Below are positions 33,165 through 41,245 of a stretch of 41,245 nucleotides of DNA, piece by piece (the first letter of the stretch is position 1; every line of letters starts with the position of its first letter). This DNA is from Puia sp. Its GTDB lineage: Bacteria; Bacteroidota; Bacteroidia; Chitinophagales; Chitinophagaceae. Under the pieces are notes generated by a model that did not search any database, was not told where the DNA came from, and was given only the letters and a program-made list of their open reading frames with translations. The DNA lies in assembly GCA_035546735.1 (NCBI GenBank), contig DASZWE010000536.1:1-41245 (forward strand), read 5' to 3'. A program made the position numbers and the translations under genes.

Positions 33165-34955
33165 ATGAAGAACATCCGGAATTTTTGCATCATCGCCCAT
33201 ATTGACCACGGTAAAAGCACCCTGGCAGACCGTTTGCTCGAAATGACCAATACCATATCCGAAAGGGATATGCAGGCCCAGGTGTTGGATGATATGGATC
33301 TGGAAAGAGAGAAAGGGATCACGATAAAAAGCCACGCCATCCAGATCAATTATGCCCAAAAAGGACAGCAATATATACTCAACCTGATCGACACACCGGG
33401 ACACGTAGACTTCAGCTATGAAGTGAGCCGGGCGCTGGCCGCCTGCGAAGGCGCCCTTTTGCTGGTGGACGCCAGTCAGGGTATCCAGGCCCAGACCATC
33501 TCCAATCTCTATCTGGCCATCGAGAACGACCTGGAGATCATTCCCGTTATCAATAAGATCGATATGGACGGGGCCATGGTGGAAGAGGTAAAAGACCAGA
33601 TAATTGAACTCATCGGCTGCAAGCCGGAAGAGATATTGCTGGCCAGCGCCCGTACAGGTCTTGGCGTTCAGGAGATACTCGATGCCATCATCGAAAGGAT
33701 ACCGTCTCCGGAAGGCAATCCTGATGCGCCGCTGCAGGCCCTCATCTTCGACAGTGTATTTAATTCTTTCCGGGGCATCATCGTATACTACAGGATACTC
33801 AATGGCAGCATCCGGAAAGGCGATATCGTAAAATTTGTCTCTACGGATATGGCATATGGAGCAGATGAAGTGGGGGTACTGAAACTCACGCTGGATCCGA
33901 AACAGGAGGTGAAAACAGGGGATGTTGGATATATTATTACAGGTATCAAGAATGCAAAGGAGGTCAAGGTTGGGGACACCATTACCCTTGCGAGTAATCC
34001 CAAGCCGGAGATGATCCAGGGCTTCGAGGAAGTAAAGCCGATGGTATTCGCCGGAATATTTCCTGTCAATACGGATGATTTTGAAGAGTTGCGGGACTGT
34101 ATGGACAAGCTGCAGCTCAATGACGCCAGCCTCACGTACGAGCTGGAAACCTCCCAGGCGCTTGGCTTTGGTTTCCGCTGCGGATTCCTTGGCATGCTGC
34201 ATATGGAGATCATCCAGGAAAGGCTGGAAAGGGAGTTCAACCAGACGGTGATCACTACCGTCCCCAACGTAAGCTTTGTCGCCTATACTACCAAAGGGGA
34301 GGAGATAGTGGTTAACAACCCCGCGGAAATGCCCGACCCGGTGCGTATCGAAAGGATCGAAGAGCCATTTATCAAGGCGCAGATCATCACCAAGCCGGAT
34401 TATATCGGCAATATCATGACCCTCTGTCTTGGCAAGCGGGGCATGCTGCTCAATCAGAGCTACCTGACCACTACCCGTGTCGAGCTCATCTTCGAGATGC
34501 CATTGACGGAAATAGTATTCGACTTCTACGATAAGCTGAAAAGCCAGACCCGCGGTTATGCTTCCTTTGACTATCATCCGATAGGCAGAAGGGAAAGCGA
34601 TATTGTAAAAATGGATATTCTCCTCAATGGGGATAAGGTGGACGCCCTCAGCGCCCTTATTCACCGCAGCCGTAGCCAGGACTTTGGAAGAAAGCTTTGT
34701 GAAAAGCTAAAGGAGCTTCTGCCCCGCCAGCAATTCCAGATCGCCATCCAGGCGGCCATCGGCGCCAAGGTCATTGCCAGGGAAACTATCAGCGCTCTGC
34801 GGAAGGACGTTACAGCCAAGTGTTATGGCGGTGACATCAGCCGTAAGCGTAAGCTGCTGGAAAAACAAAAGGAAGGTAAAAAGCGTATGCGCCAGATCGG
34901 TAACGTGGAAGTCCCACAGGAGGCATTCCTGGCCGTCTTGAAATTGGATGACTAA
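33165..34955 (+). CDS. lepA: Translation elongation factor 4
   Basis: [32 protein letters not shown] and [24 protein letters not shown]. Start corrected to 33165. Confidence 0.99.
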   Translation: MKNIRNFCIIAHIDHGKSTLADRLLEMTNTISERDMQAQVLDDMDLEREKGITIKSHAIQINYAQKGQQYILNLIDTPGHVDFSYEVSRALAACEGALLLVDASQGIQAQTISNLYLAIENDLEIIPVINKIDMDGAMVEEVKDQIIELIGCKPEEILLASARTGLGVQEILDAIIERIPSPEGNPDAPLQALIFDSVFNSFRGIIVYYRILNGSIRKGDIVKFVSTDMAYGADEVGVLKLTLDPKQEVKTGDVGYIITGIKNAKEVKVGDTITLASNPKPEMIQGFEEVKPMVFAGIFPVNTDDFEELRDCMDKLQLNDASLTYELETSQALGFGFRCGFLGMLHMEIIQERLEREFNQTVITTVPNVSFVAYTTKGEEIVVNNPAEMPDPVRIERIEEPFIKAQIITKPDYIGNIMTLCLGKRGMLLNQSYLTTTRVELIFEMPLTEIVFDFYDKLKSQTRGYASFDYHPIGRRESDIVKMDILLNGDKVDALSALIHRSRSQDFGRKLCEKLKELLPRQQFQIAIQAAIGAKVIARETISALRKDVTAKCYGGDISRKRKLLEKQKEGKKRMRQIGNVEVPQEAFLAVLKLDD

Positions 34956-34970
34956 CGCACCCCTAAATGT

Positions 34971-36041
34971 ATGCAGAAGATATCCTTTCTATTAGTTCTC
35001 CTGGCCTTCCCATTTCTCAATCAGGCGCAGGGAGTAAAAACCATCAGTTTCCGGCAGGAAAAGCTGAAGACCCGGCTGCAGAACTATTATATCGCCGGTG
35101 TTAAGGATGACAGACAGGATACTGCCACCATTGGCTCTGTACGGGCAGGTGTCTTCAGCAAAAAGTATGTATCCCTCAATCTGCCCGGCGGCGCTGCCGC
35201 CGCAATATCGAATTTCCTGAAAGCCAATCTGACACAGGACACCCGCACTAATCCCATTACCCTGCACATCGTGCAGCTGGAGGTGGCGGAGAAGACAGGA
35301 GGGTTAAAGGCCGAATCGGAAGTACGGATGAGCATCGCCTTTTACAATGCTGGCGGAAAGATCGTGGAATATAAGGGAAACAATACCGTACAATCCGCCA
35401 TGGACGCCACCCGCTATATAGAAGAGCTCATCAGACGCGGTCTGGACGATATGCTCCAGCAGTTCGATACCTGGGCGGGGCAGAATCAGCAACAGCTGAA
35501 GGCCAGTAACAGCGGCCCCTCCATAGAGGTTCAGGCAGAAGTGGTCGCCAGCTCCGACGATACGGACAGGATCGCCTGGTCCGCCGGACGGCCCCTGACA
35601 TTGGATGATTTTAAAGGGCGCCCCGACGATCTGAGCCGTGCCGCCGCCGCTACCAACAGCGGTCTGGATGTGAGGACGAGCCAGCATACGCAGTTCAGCC
35701 AGACCAGGGTCGTCGTTACCATCCTGCCCTTTTTTGACAGGAGCCGGTCCTGGTGCCGGACGAATAGCCGCAACGCCCGCACCTTGCAGCACGAACAGCA
35801 GCATTTCAATATCACGGCCATAAAAGCCTGCGAATTGGCCGACACCATCCGTAACTTTACCTTTACGCCGGGTAATTTTATGAAAGAGCTGGAACAACTG
35901 TACAGACAGAAAGAGAAAGAGATCCAGCAGCAGCAGGAGCTCTATGATAGTGAGACCAATCATGGACAGGTAGCTGCCGCCCAGACGAAATGGGAACAGA
36001 TGATCAGGGATATGCTGGGCAGGCAGGGCTGCTACAGATAG
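34971..36041 (+). CDS. Exported protein with C-terminal DUF922-like putative zinc peptidase domain
   Basis: Signal peptide; W...RPLT.DDFKG.P, L.HEQQHF.I and YD.ET.HG motifs. Confidence 0.75.
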   Translation: MQKISFLLVLLAFPFLNQAQGVKTISFRQEKLKTRLQNYYIAGVKDDRQDTATIGSVRAGVFSKKYVSLNLPGGAAAAISNFLKANLTQDTRTNPITLHIVQLEVAEKTGGLKAESEVRMSIAFYNAGGKIVEYKGNNTVQSAMDATRYIEELIRRGLDDMLQQFDTWAGQNQQQLKASNSGPSIEVQAEVVASSDDTDRIAWSAGRPLTLDDFKGRPDDLSRAAAATNSGLDVRTSQHTQFSQTRVVVTILPFFDRSRSWCRTNSRNARTLQHEQQHFNITAIKACELADTIRNFTFTPGNFMKELEQLYRQKEKEIQQQQELYDSETNHGQVAAAQTKWEQMIRDMLGRQGCYR

Positions 36042-36085
36042 GCCCGGAAATTGCATCGAATCATCACGCTAATAGCATAATACTC

Positions 36086-36727
36086 ATGCGCACCCCGCTT
36101 CAAAAAGGAGAAAAGATACTGTTGGTCACCTACAGCAGCTGGACCCTGCTGGCCCTTCCTGTCCTCATTGCCCTGGCAGGCTGTGTCGCCTCGTATTTTA
36201 TAGGCTTTATCAACCATTACGGATGGATCGCCGCCGTCCTGGGTATTCTTTATTTCCTGTGGAAATATTATTCGTGGAAGGTCAATATCTGGGTAGTGAC
36301 CAACTATCGCGTTGTAGACGAGTCCGGCCTGATCAGTCACTATGCCAAAGAGAGCCCCCTGGACAAGATCAACAACGTCTCTTATGACATGACGCCCATG
36401 GGCAGGCTGTTCAATTACGGGCATGTAGAGATACAAACAGCCGCCGAAGTAGGTGCAACGGATTATTTCAACGTCAATCATCCCCGCCGGCTGAAGGACA
36501 CCATCACGGCCGCGCAGTCGGAATACAAGACACTTCAGACCTCGGCCCACGCACAGCAGATGGCTGCGGCCATACAGCAGGCCATGCCATATGCCGCTCA
36601 TCCGGCGCCGGCAAATAATGCGCCGGCCATTGCTGCCGAGCTGGAGAAATTATTTGATCTTAAACAAAAAGGGGCATTGTCGGAGGAAGAATATTTGCGG
36701 GCGAAGAATAGGTTGTTAGGACAATAG
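36086..36727 (+). CDS. Membrane protein with bacterial PH domain and C-terminal SHOCT domain
   Basis: Two TM helices; VTNYRV...G....GRLFNYG.VEI.TA; ELEKLFDLKQKGALSEEEY...K.RLL. Start ATG 36086. Confidence 0.88.
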   Translation: MRTPLQKGEKILLVTYSSWTLLALPVLIALAGCVASYFIGFINHYGWIAAVLGILYFLWKYYSWKVNIWVVTNYRVVDESGLISHYAKESPLDKINNVSYDMTPMGRLFNYGHVEIQTAAEVGATDYFNVNHPRRLKDTITAAQSEYKTLQTSAHAQQMAAAIQQAMPYAAHPAPANNAPAIAAELEKLFDLKQKGALSEEEYLRAKNRLLGQ

Positions 36728-36747
36728 ACCTTTTTAGTGGCAGGAAC

Positions 36748-36818
36748 CGGACCTGGCGGTCCGTCCTTTACTCGGTATCTGTATTTCTGTCCTTCGGACG
36801 GCTTCGCTGTGCGAAGCC
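36748..36818. repeat. Cluster of three short palindromes between convergent genes (REP-like)
   Basis: CGGACC-TGGC-GGTCCG, CTGTCC-TTC-GGACGG and GGCTTCGC-TGT-GCGAAGCC. Confidence 0.5.
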
Positions 36819-36826
36819 AGGTGTGC

Positions 36827-37897
36827 TCAGCCTTGCGGCTTCTTCACAGGCTTCTTCGGCTTGGCCGGCGGTGTCTTTCCCTTTTCAGCATTCTGCATGT
36901 TCTTCTCGGATTGTTCCTGCAGCTTCTGTTCATTGATACCCCCATTATCATCCATCATTTTCTCATCCGTCGGGAACTGACCGTCCTTGAGCTTGAAGTT
37001 GAATATTTGTTTTTCTACATGCACCCACATCCCGTCCTGCCACTTGAACCCTTCAAAATCCCCATCCGGGATATACGTATCCTTTCTATTGGGCTCTTCT
37101 CCCTCAGGCACCAGGTGATCGAATAATACCATATCCAGCTGCGGATCGTAATTGAACCGGGTGCTGGCATCCTTCTTGTATTCGATGTTGTACCTGTATT
37201 GTGTCCGCTTGTGGACAGAGTCGTTCTGGAAAGAAAAATAAGGCCCTCCGAAAATAGGCTCCCCGTTGCTGCGTGAAAAGGTCAGCACTTCCATCCATTT
37301 TTTATTGCTGCTGCGGGTAAAGTCGTCAAACCCCAATAACGTATAATAATTGACTCCCTGGTAGGACTTTTCGATGATCCGGTAATAGATGGCGCCTATC
37401 CAGTTACGCCGGGTCCTTACCGAATCCAGCGGTTTGGCGGTGAACATGGAGACGTCGAAAAGAGGGTAGAGTTTCAGCGACCCGTCGGGCTGATTCATCT
37501 GGATAGCCCCTTCCTGTAAATAGAGCAGATCGTCCCTTTTATACTGCCAGGTAAGGATCCGGAAGGTGCTGTCCGGGGCATATAGCCTGGATATGCCCGC
37601 CAGGCTGTCGAATGGATAATAAAAGGAGTGCTTCATCTTGAGGCTCCGCACCAGGGTACGGATGAACTGGCTGTCCGCACGCAACCGCACCGCCGGGTCC
37701 CCTGCATTGATCAGCGAGTCCGACAATACCTTCAGGGAGTCCTCTTGTACCTGCAACGACTTCAATACGCTCCTGCTGATGGAGGTCTGTGCATGCAATT
37801 GCCGGAAGCCTGTACAGCAGAGACAAAAGAGGACGATATAAAACACACGGTTCATCATATTAGGATTTTTAACGCTAAAGGCATATTCGTATTTCAT
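36827..37897 (-). CDS. Exported hypothetical protein
   Basis: Signal peptide, WIGAIYY, YTLLGFD, FDHL.P and YIPDGDFEGF.W. Start 37897 (ATGA overlap with gmhB) or 37858. Confidence 0.8.
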   Translation of the reverse strand: MKYEYAFSVKNPNMMNRVFYIVLFCLCCTGFRQLHAQTSISRSVLKSLQVQEDSLKVLSDSLINAGDPAVRLRADSQFIRTLVRSLKMKHSFYYPFDSLAGISRLYAPDSTFRILTWQYKRDDLLYLQEGAIQMNQPDGSLKLYPLFDVSMFTAKPLDSVRTRRNWIGAIYYRIIEKSYQGVNYYTLLGFDDFTRSSNKKWMEVLTFSRSNGEPIFGGPYFSFQNDSVHKRTQYRYNIEYKKDASTRFNYDPQLDMVLFDHLVPEGEEPNRKDTYIPDGDFEGFKWQDGMWVHVEKQIFNFKLKDGQFPTDEKMMDDNGGINEQKLQEQSEKNMQNAEKGKTPPAKPKKPVKKPQG

Positions 37898-38460
37898 GCC
37901 AAATGCAAAGCTTTTGCAAAATCGTATAAATCACTAAAAATCATATCGATAGATGGGTGGGGGAGCGTTGGCGCCTCGCTGGTGGTGCTCAGGAACACCG
38001 TATGCATGCCCGCATTCCTCCCAAATTCCATATCGCTGATGTTATTCCCCACCATGATGCTTCGGGAAAGGTCTATTTCCGGAATATCCTGCTGTGCGGC
38101 AAAGGCCATCCCCGGATTAGGCTTACGATGCGGATGATCATCCGAGAGAGCATCACAGTAATATACCGCATCGATCCGGCCTCCTCCGGCCATCACGGCC
38201 GCCGTCATCTTTTCATGAATGTCCGCCAATGCCGCCGCGGTCATCAGCCCCTTTCCAACTCCTTTTTGATTCGTCACTACCACGATACGGGGAAAGATCT
38301 CCGACAGCAAAGATAACGCCTTCAGCCCCTGTTCATAAAATAGGAATTCGCCATAATGGAAGATATAGCTCTGATCCTTTTCCACGTTGATCACTCCATC
38401 CCTGTCCAGGAACAGTGTCCACCGGCTGTCTATCTTTTCCAGGTCCAGCATATTATGCAT
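37894..38460 (-). CDS. gmhB: HAD-IIIA D,D-heptose 1,7-bisphosphate phosphatase
   Basis: FLDRDGVIN, VTNQKG, RKPNPGM and VGN..SD; adjacent to gmhA. Confidence 0.85.
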   Translation of the reverse strand: MHNMLDLEKIDSRWTLFLDRDGVINVEKDQSYIFHYGEFLFYEQGLKALSLLSEIFPRIVVVTNQKGVGKGLMTAAALADIHEKMTAAVMAGGGRIDAVYYCDALSDDHPHRKPNPGMAFAAQQDIPEIDLSRSIMVGNNISDMEFGRNAGMHTVFLSTTSEAPTLPHPSIDMIFSDLYDFAKALHLA

Positions 38461-39031
38461 GAAAGTATTCTTCTTCTACCAGCTGACAAATAATGTGTCC
38501 TATAAGCATATGCGCCTCCTGTATCCGGGGAGTATTGGAGGATGGCACATTCACCAGGTAATCGCTCCATCCTTTTAATGCTCCGCCACTCTCACCCGTA
38601 AATCCTATCGTTATCATTCCCTTTTCCCGGGCTGTCTCAAAAGCCTGTACGATATTGGCTGAATTACCCGAAGTGGACAGCCCGATGAGAATATCCCCTT
38701 TCTTCCCAATACCCCTGATCAGCCGGGAGTAGATCACGTCATAGCTGTAGTCATTGGCTACCGCCGTGAGATAAGAAGTATTACAATGCAAGGCCTCTGC
38801 GGGCAGGGCTTCCCGGTTGATATAAAATCTTCCCGAGAACTCCGCCGCCAGGTGTTGCGCATCTGCCGCGCTTCCGCCATTGCCGCAGAAATAGATATGG
38901 TTACCGTTGCGGAACACGGTAACGATGACATCCACCAGCTCCACGATCAGCAACAGCAGCCGTTCGTCCTCTAACAGCTCGGATTTTACGGACACCGACT
39001 CGCTGATACAATGTTTTATTTTGTCTTTCAT
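38453..39031 (-). CDS. gmhA: D-sedoheptulose 7-phosphate isomerase
   Basis: CGNGGSAADAQHLAAE, ANDY, STSGNS and RIQEAH. Confidence 0.96.
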   Translation of the reverse strand: MKDKIKHCISESVSVKSELLEDERLLLLIVELVDVIVTVFRNGNHIYFCGNGGSAADAQHLAAEFSGRFYINREALPAEALHCNTSYLTAVANDYSYDVIYSRLIRGIGKKGDILIGLSTSGNSANIVQAFETAREKGMITIGFTGESGGALKGWSDYLVNVPSSNTPRIQEAHMLIGHIICQLVEEEYFHA

Positions 39032-39041
39032 AAATACGTTT

Positions 39042-40208
39042 TTAGATCTGCGGTCCTGTGGGTTTATCGCTCAGACTGAGAATGCTGTCTACCAGCCTGC
39101 TCCATGAATATTTTTCCCTTTCCGTACGAAGATGAGGAATAAAATGATCGAAGCCTAATTCGAACATGCGCAATATTCCTTCCACCAGGGCGCCGGCTTC
39201 CGGCTTTACCACTAATCCCACCCGTTCGTGTGGCACCAGAGCGGGCAGCCCACCCACCTCCGTGACGACCATGGGTATTCCGAAATGATAGGCCAGGGGG
39301 GTAACCCCGCTCTGCGTAGCATTCCGGTAAGGCTGTACCACGGCATTCGCCGCACATAGATAGTACTTTACATCCTGGTCGGGGATAAAGTCCGTACGCA
39401 GCAGCAGGCTGGAGCCGATGCCAAGTCGTTCGATCTGCTCCCGGTAGCTCCGCTCATCCTCATAGAATTCACCTGCCACCAGCAGCTTGATGCCTGCGGC
39501 CCGGATACGGGTGTCCGCCATGGCGTCGAACAGCATGTCGAGCCCTTTGTATTTGCGGATGAATCCGAAGAACAGCAGTACCCTGTCATCGTCCCCGATG
39601 TTCAGTCCCTTTTGACGCAATACGGCCCTGGCCTCCTGCCGGGTCACAGGCTCTCCAAAGTTATCATACAGGGGGTGCGGCACCTGCAGGGCAGGTTTCT
39701 TCTTTTCAAAGGATCGCAGGTCCTGCATTACCTTTTCGCTCATGGTGATATAGGCGTCGCAGCTCTTCAAAAAATATTTTGTAAAAGGGATATCACCCGG
39801 TCGCCGCTCATGCGGTATCACATTATCTGTCAGTGCAATGATGCGGGTATGCCTGTTCCTGCGTACTCTCCGCAGGATGGTTCCCAGCGCGGGTGCCATC
39901 AGTGGCAGCCAGTATCGTACGACGATGATGTCAGGGCGGCGGCGTCTCAGCTCTTCGCCCACCAGCCACCAGTTGATGGGATTGATGCTGTTGACCCGGG
40001 AGTAGATGGTCAGGCCCTCGGGGGCCGGCTCGTCTGTGTATTGGGAGCTTCCGGGAAATAAAAAAGAAGGATATTGTAGTGAGAACGAATAGATATGACA
40101 GTCATAACCTGCCTGTATAAAAGCCCTCGCCAGCCGGTGGTTGAAGGTGGTAAGCCCTCCTCCTCTCAGCGGGTGTGCAGGACCCAGGATGATGACGGAA
40201 CCTGTCAT
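39042..40208 (-). CDS. Glycosyltransferase family 4
   Basis: GT-B fold motifs FGFIRKYKG, PY..ATQSGV and VGGL. Confidence 0.92.
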   Translation of the reverse strand: MTGSVIILGPAHPLRGGGLTTFNHRLARAFIQAGYDCHIYSFSLQYPSFLFPGSSQYTDEPAPEGLTIYSRVNSINPINWWLVGEELRRRRPDIIVVRYWLPLMAPALGTILRRVRRNRHTRIIALTDNVIPHERRPGDIPFTKYFLKSCDAYITMSEKVMQDLRSFEKKKPALQVPHPLYDNFGEPVTRQEARAVLRQKGLNIGDDDRVLLFFGFIRKYKGLDMLFDAMADTRIRAAGIKLLVAGEFYEDERSYREQIERLGIGSSLLLRTDFIPDQDVKYYLCAANAVVQPYRNATQSGVTPLAYHFGIPMVVTEVGGLPALVPHERVGLVVKPEAGALVEGILRMFELGFDHFIPHLRTEREKYSWSRLVDSILSLSDKPTGPQI

Positions 40209-41158
40209 GGCTGATCCAATCCCAGTTTTTCTTCGATGAGATAAGAGTTGCGTCCCTGCGAGTTACGGCCTATCAGCTCCGCCACGAATCCGGTGAGGAA
40301 AAGCTGGCTTCCGATGACCATCATGGTCAGCGCGATATAAAAGGCCGGCTTTGTCGTCAGTCCAAAGGAAGTGTAGTGCGCGAGCTTGTTGGCGATGAGG
40401 TATACGCTGAAGAAGAAGCCGATGAGGAAGCATATCACTCCCAGGGGACCGAAGAAATGCATGGGCCGTTTGCCATATTTACCTACAAAGGTGATGGATG
40501 CCAGGTCCAGCAGTCCTTTCAGCCCTCTGCCCAATCCACCGAACTTTGTGTGGCCATATTTACGGGCCCGGTGTTGCACCACCTTCTCGCCGATGCGACG
40601 GAAGCCCGCCCATTTTGCAATGACGGGAATATAACGGTGCATCTCGCCGTAGACCTCGATACTCTTGACGACCTTGCGACGGTAGGCCTTCAATCCGCAG
40701 TTGAAATCGTGGAGCGGTATTCTGCTGACACGTGCCGTGGTCCAGTTGAAGAACTTGGATGGCAGGGTCTTTGAAATGGGATCATGACGTACTTTCTTCC
40801 AGCCGCTGACCAGGTCGAAGTTGTCTTTCAGGATCATACGCCGCAATTCGGGTATCTCGTCAGGACTGTCCTGCATGTCTGCATCCATGGTGATCACGAC
40901 GTCTCCTTCGGCGGCTTTGAAACCTTCGTTAAGGGCGGCGGACTTGCCGTAATTGCGCTGGAACCGTATGCCCCGGATACAGCGATTGCTGCGTCGTAAT
41001 TCTTTAATGACTTCCCAGGAATGGTCCGTGCTGCCGTCGTCTACGAGGATCATCTCACAGGAGAGGTTATTCTCCTTTGCCACGCGGTCGATCCAGCTGC
41101 ATAGCTCAGGCAGGGATTCGTCTTCGTTGTATACGGGTATGACTATCGATACGTCCAT
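40205..41158 (-). CDS. Glycosyltransferase family 2 (polyprenol-phosphate glycosyltransferase, ArnC/GtrB-like)
   Basis: PVYNE, VDDGSTD, RNYGKS, DADMQD and DFNCG; two C-terminal TM helices. Confidence 0.93.
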   Translation of the reverse strand: MDVSIVIPVYNEDESLPELCSWIDRVAKENNLSCEMILVDDGSTDHSWEVIKELRRSNRCIRGIRFQRNYGKSAALNEGFKAAEGDVVITMDADMQDSPDEIPELRRMILKDNFDLVSGWKKVRHDPISKTLPSKFFNWTTARVSRIPLHDFNCGLKAYRRKVVKSIEVYGEMHRYIPVIAKWAGFRRIGEKVVQHRARKYGHTKFGGLGRGLKGLLDLASITFVGKYGKRPMHFFGPLGVICFLIGFFFSVYLIANKLAHYTSFGLTTKPAFYIALTMMVIGSQLFLTGFVAELIGRNSQGRNSYLIEEKLGLDQP

Positions 41159-41169
41159 GTGGGTTTTTA

Positions 41170-41244
41170 TTATTTAAATGCCGTGTCGTGGAATTCCGGT
41201 TTTTTTCTCTTTACAATAGCCGCGATCAGCAGGGCGATCAGGAA
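41170..41244 (-). CDS. C-terminal fragment of a membrane protein (possibly DUF4199 family)
   Basis: Manual translation FLIALLIAAIVKRKKPEFHDTAFK*; the stop lies 11 nt before the GT2 start. Confidence 0.6.
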   Translation of the reverse strand, partial: FLIALLIAAIVKRKKPEFHDTAFK

Positions 41245-41245
41245 G

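Noticed and set aside
1-41245. tRNA, rRNA, CRISPR array, IS or prophage
   Set aside because: No cloverleaf, regularly spaced repeats, transposase or phage motifs recognised.

Overview
Core-chromosome window from a Bacteroidota genome, most likely Chitinophagaceae. This assignment is inferred from gene content, TAnnTTTG promoters and the absence of SD motifs. In order, it holds: the end of a GH15 gene; a histidine-utilisation cluster (hutI, Gcr-family membrane protein, ftcD, hutG); patatin-POTRA-barrel and ABC-F genes; DUF3347 and two tandem secreted paralogues; thrS-infC-rpmI-rplT; speA; Hsp20 and bacilliredoxin; lgt; a TonB-type outer-membrane barrel; yajQ, rpmE2, a GlmU-like gene and tpiA; a four-gene radical SAM/flippase/membrane-protein block; lepA; and a GT2-GT4-gmhA-gmhB cluster. 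I saw no rRNA, tRNA, CRISPR or transposase. The most notable observations are: (1) a DnaA-box plus parS cluster between brxA and lgt (candidate oriC far from dnaA); (2) a structured 3'-UTR RNA behind hsp20 with two copies of an anti-start-codon 10-mer; (3) a 'recombinase'-family protein in the hut cluster whose membrane domain carries formate/nitrite-channel-like motifs in order; (4) an in-frame TAG in otherwise intact rplT; (5) structured leaders before thrS and rpmI; (6) the radical SAM/flippase/HTTM-like block. Family assignments come from motif recognition only; no searches were run.
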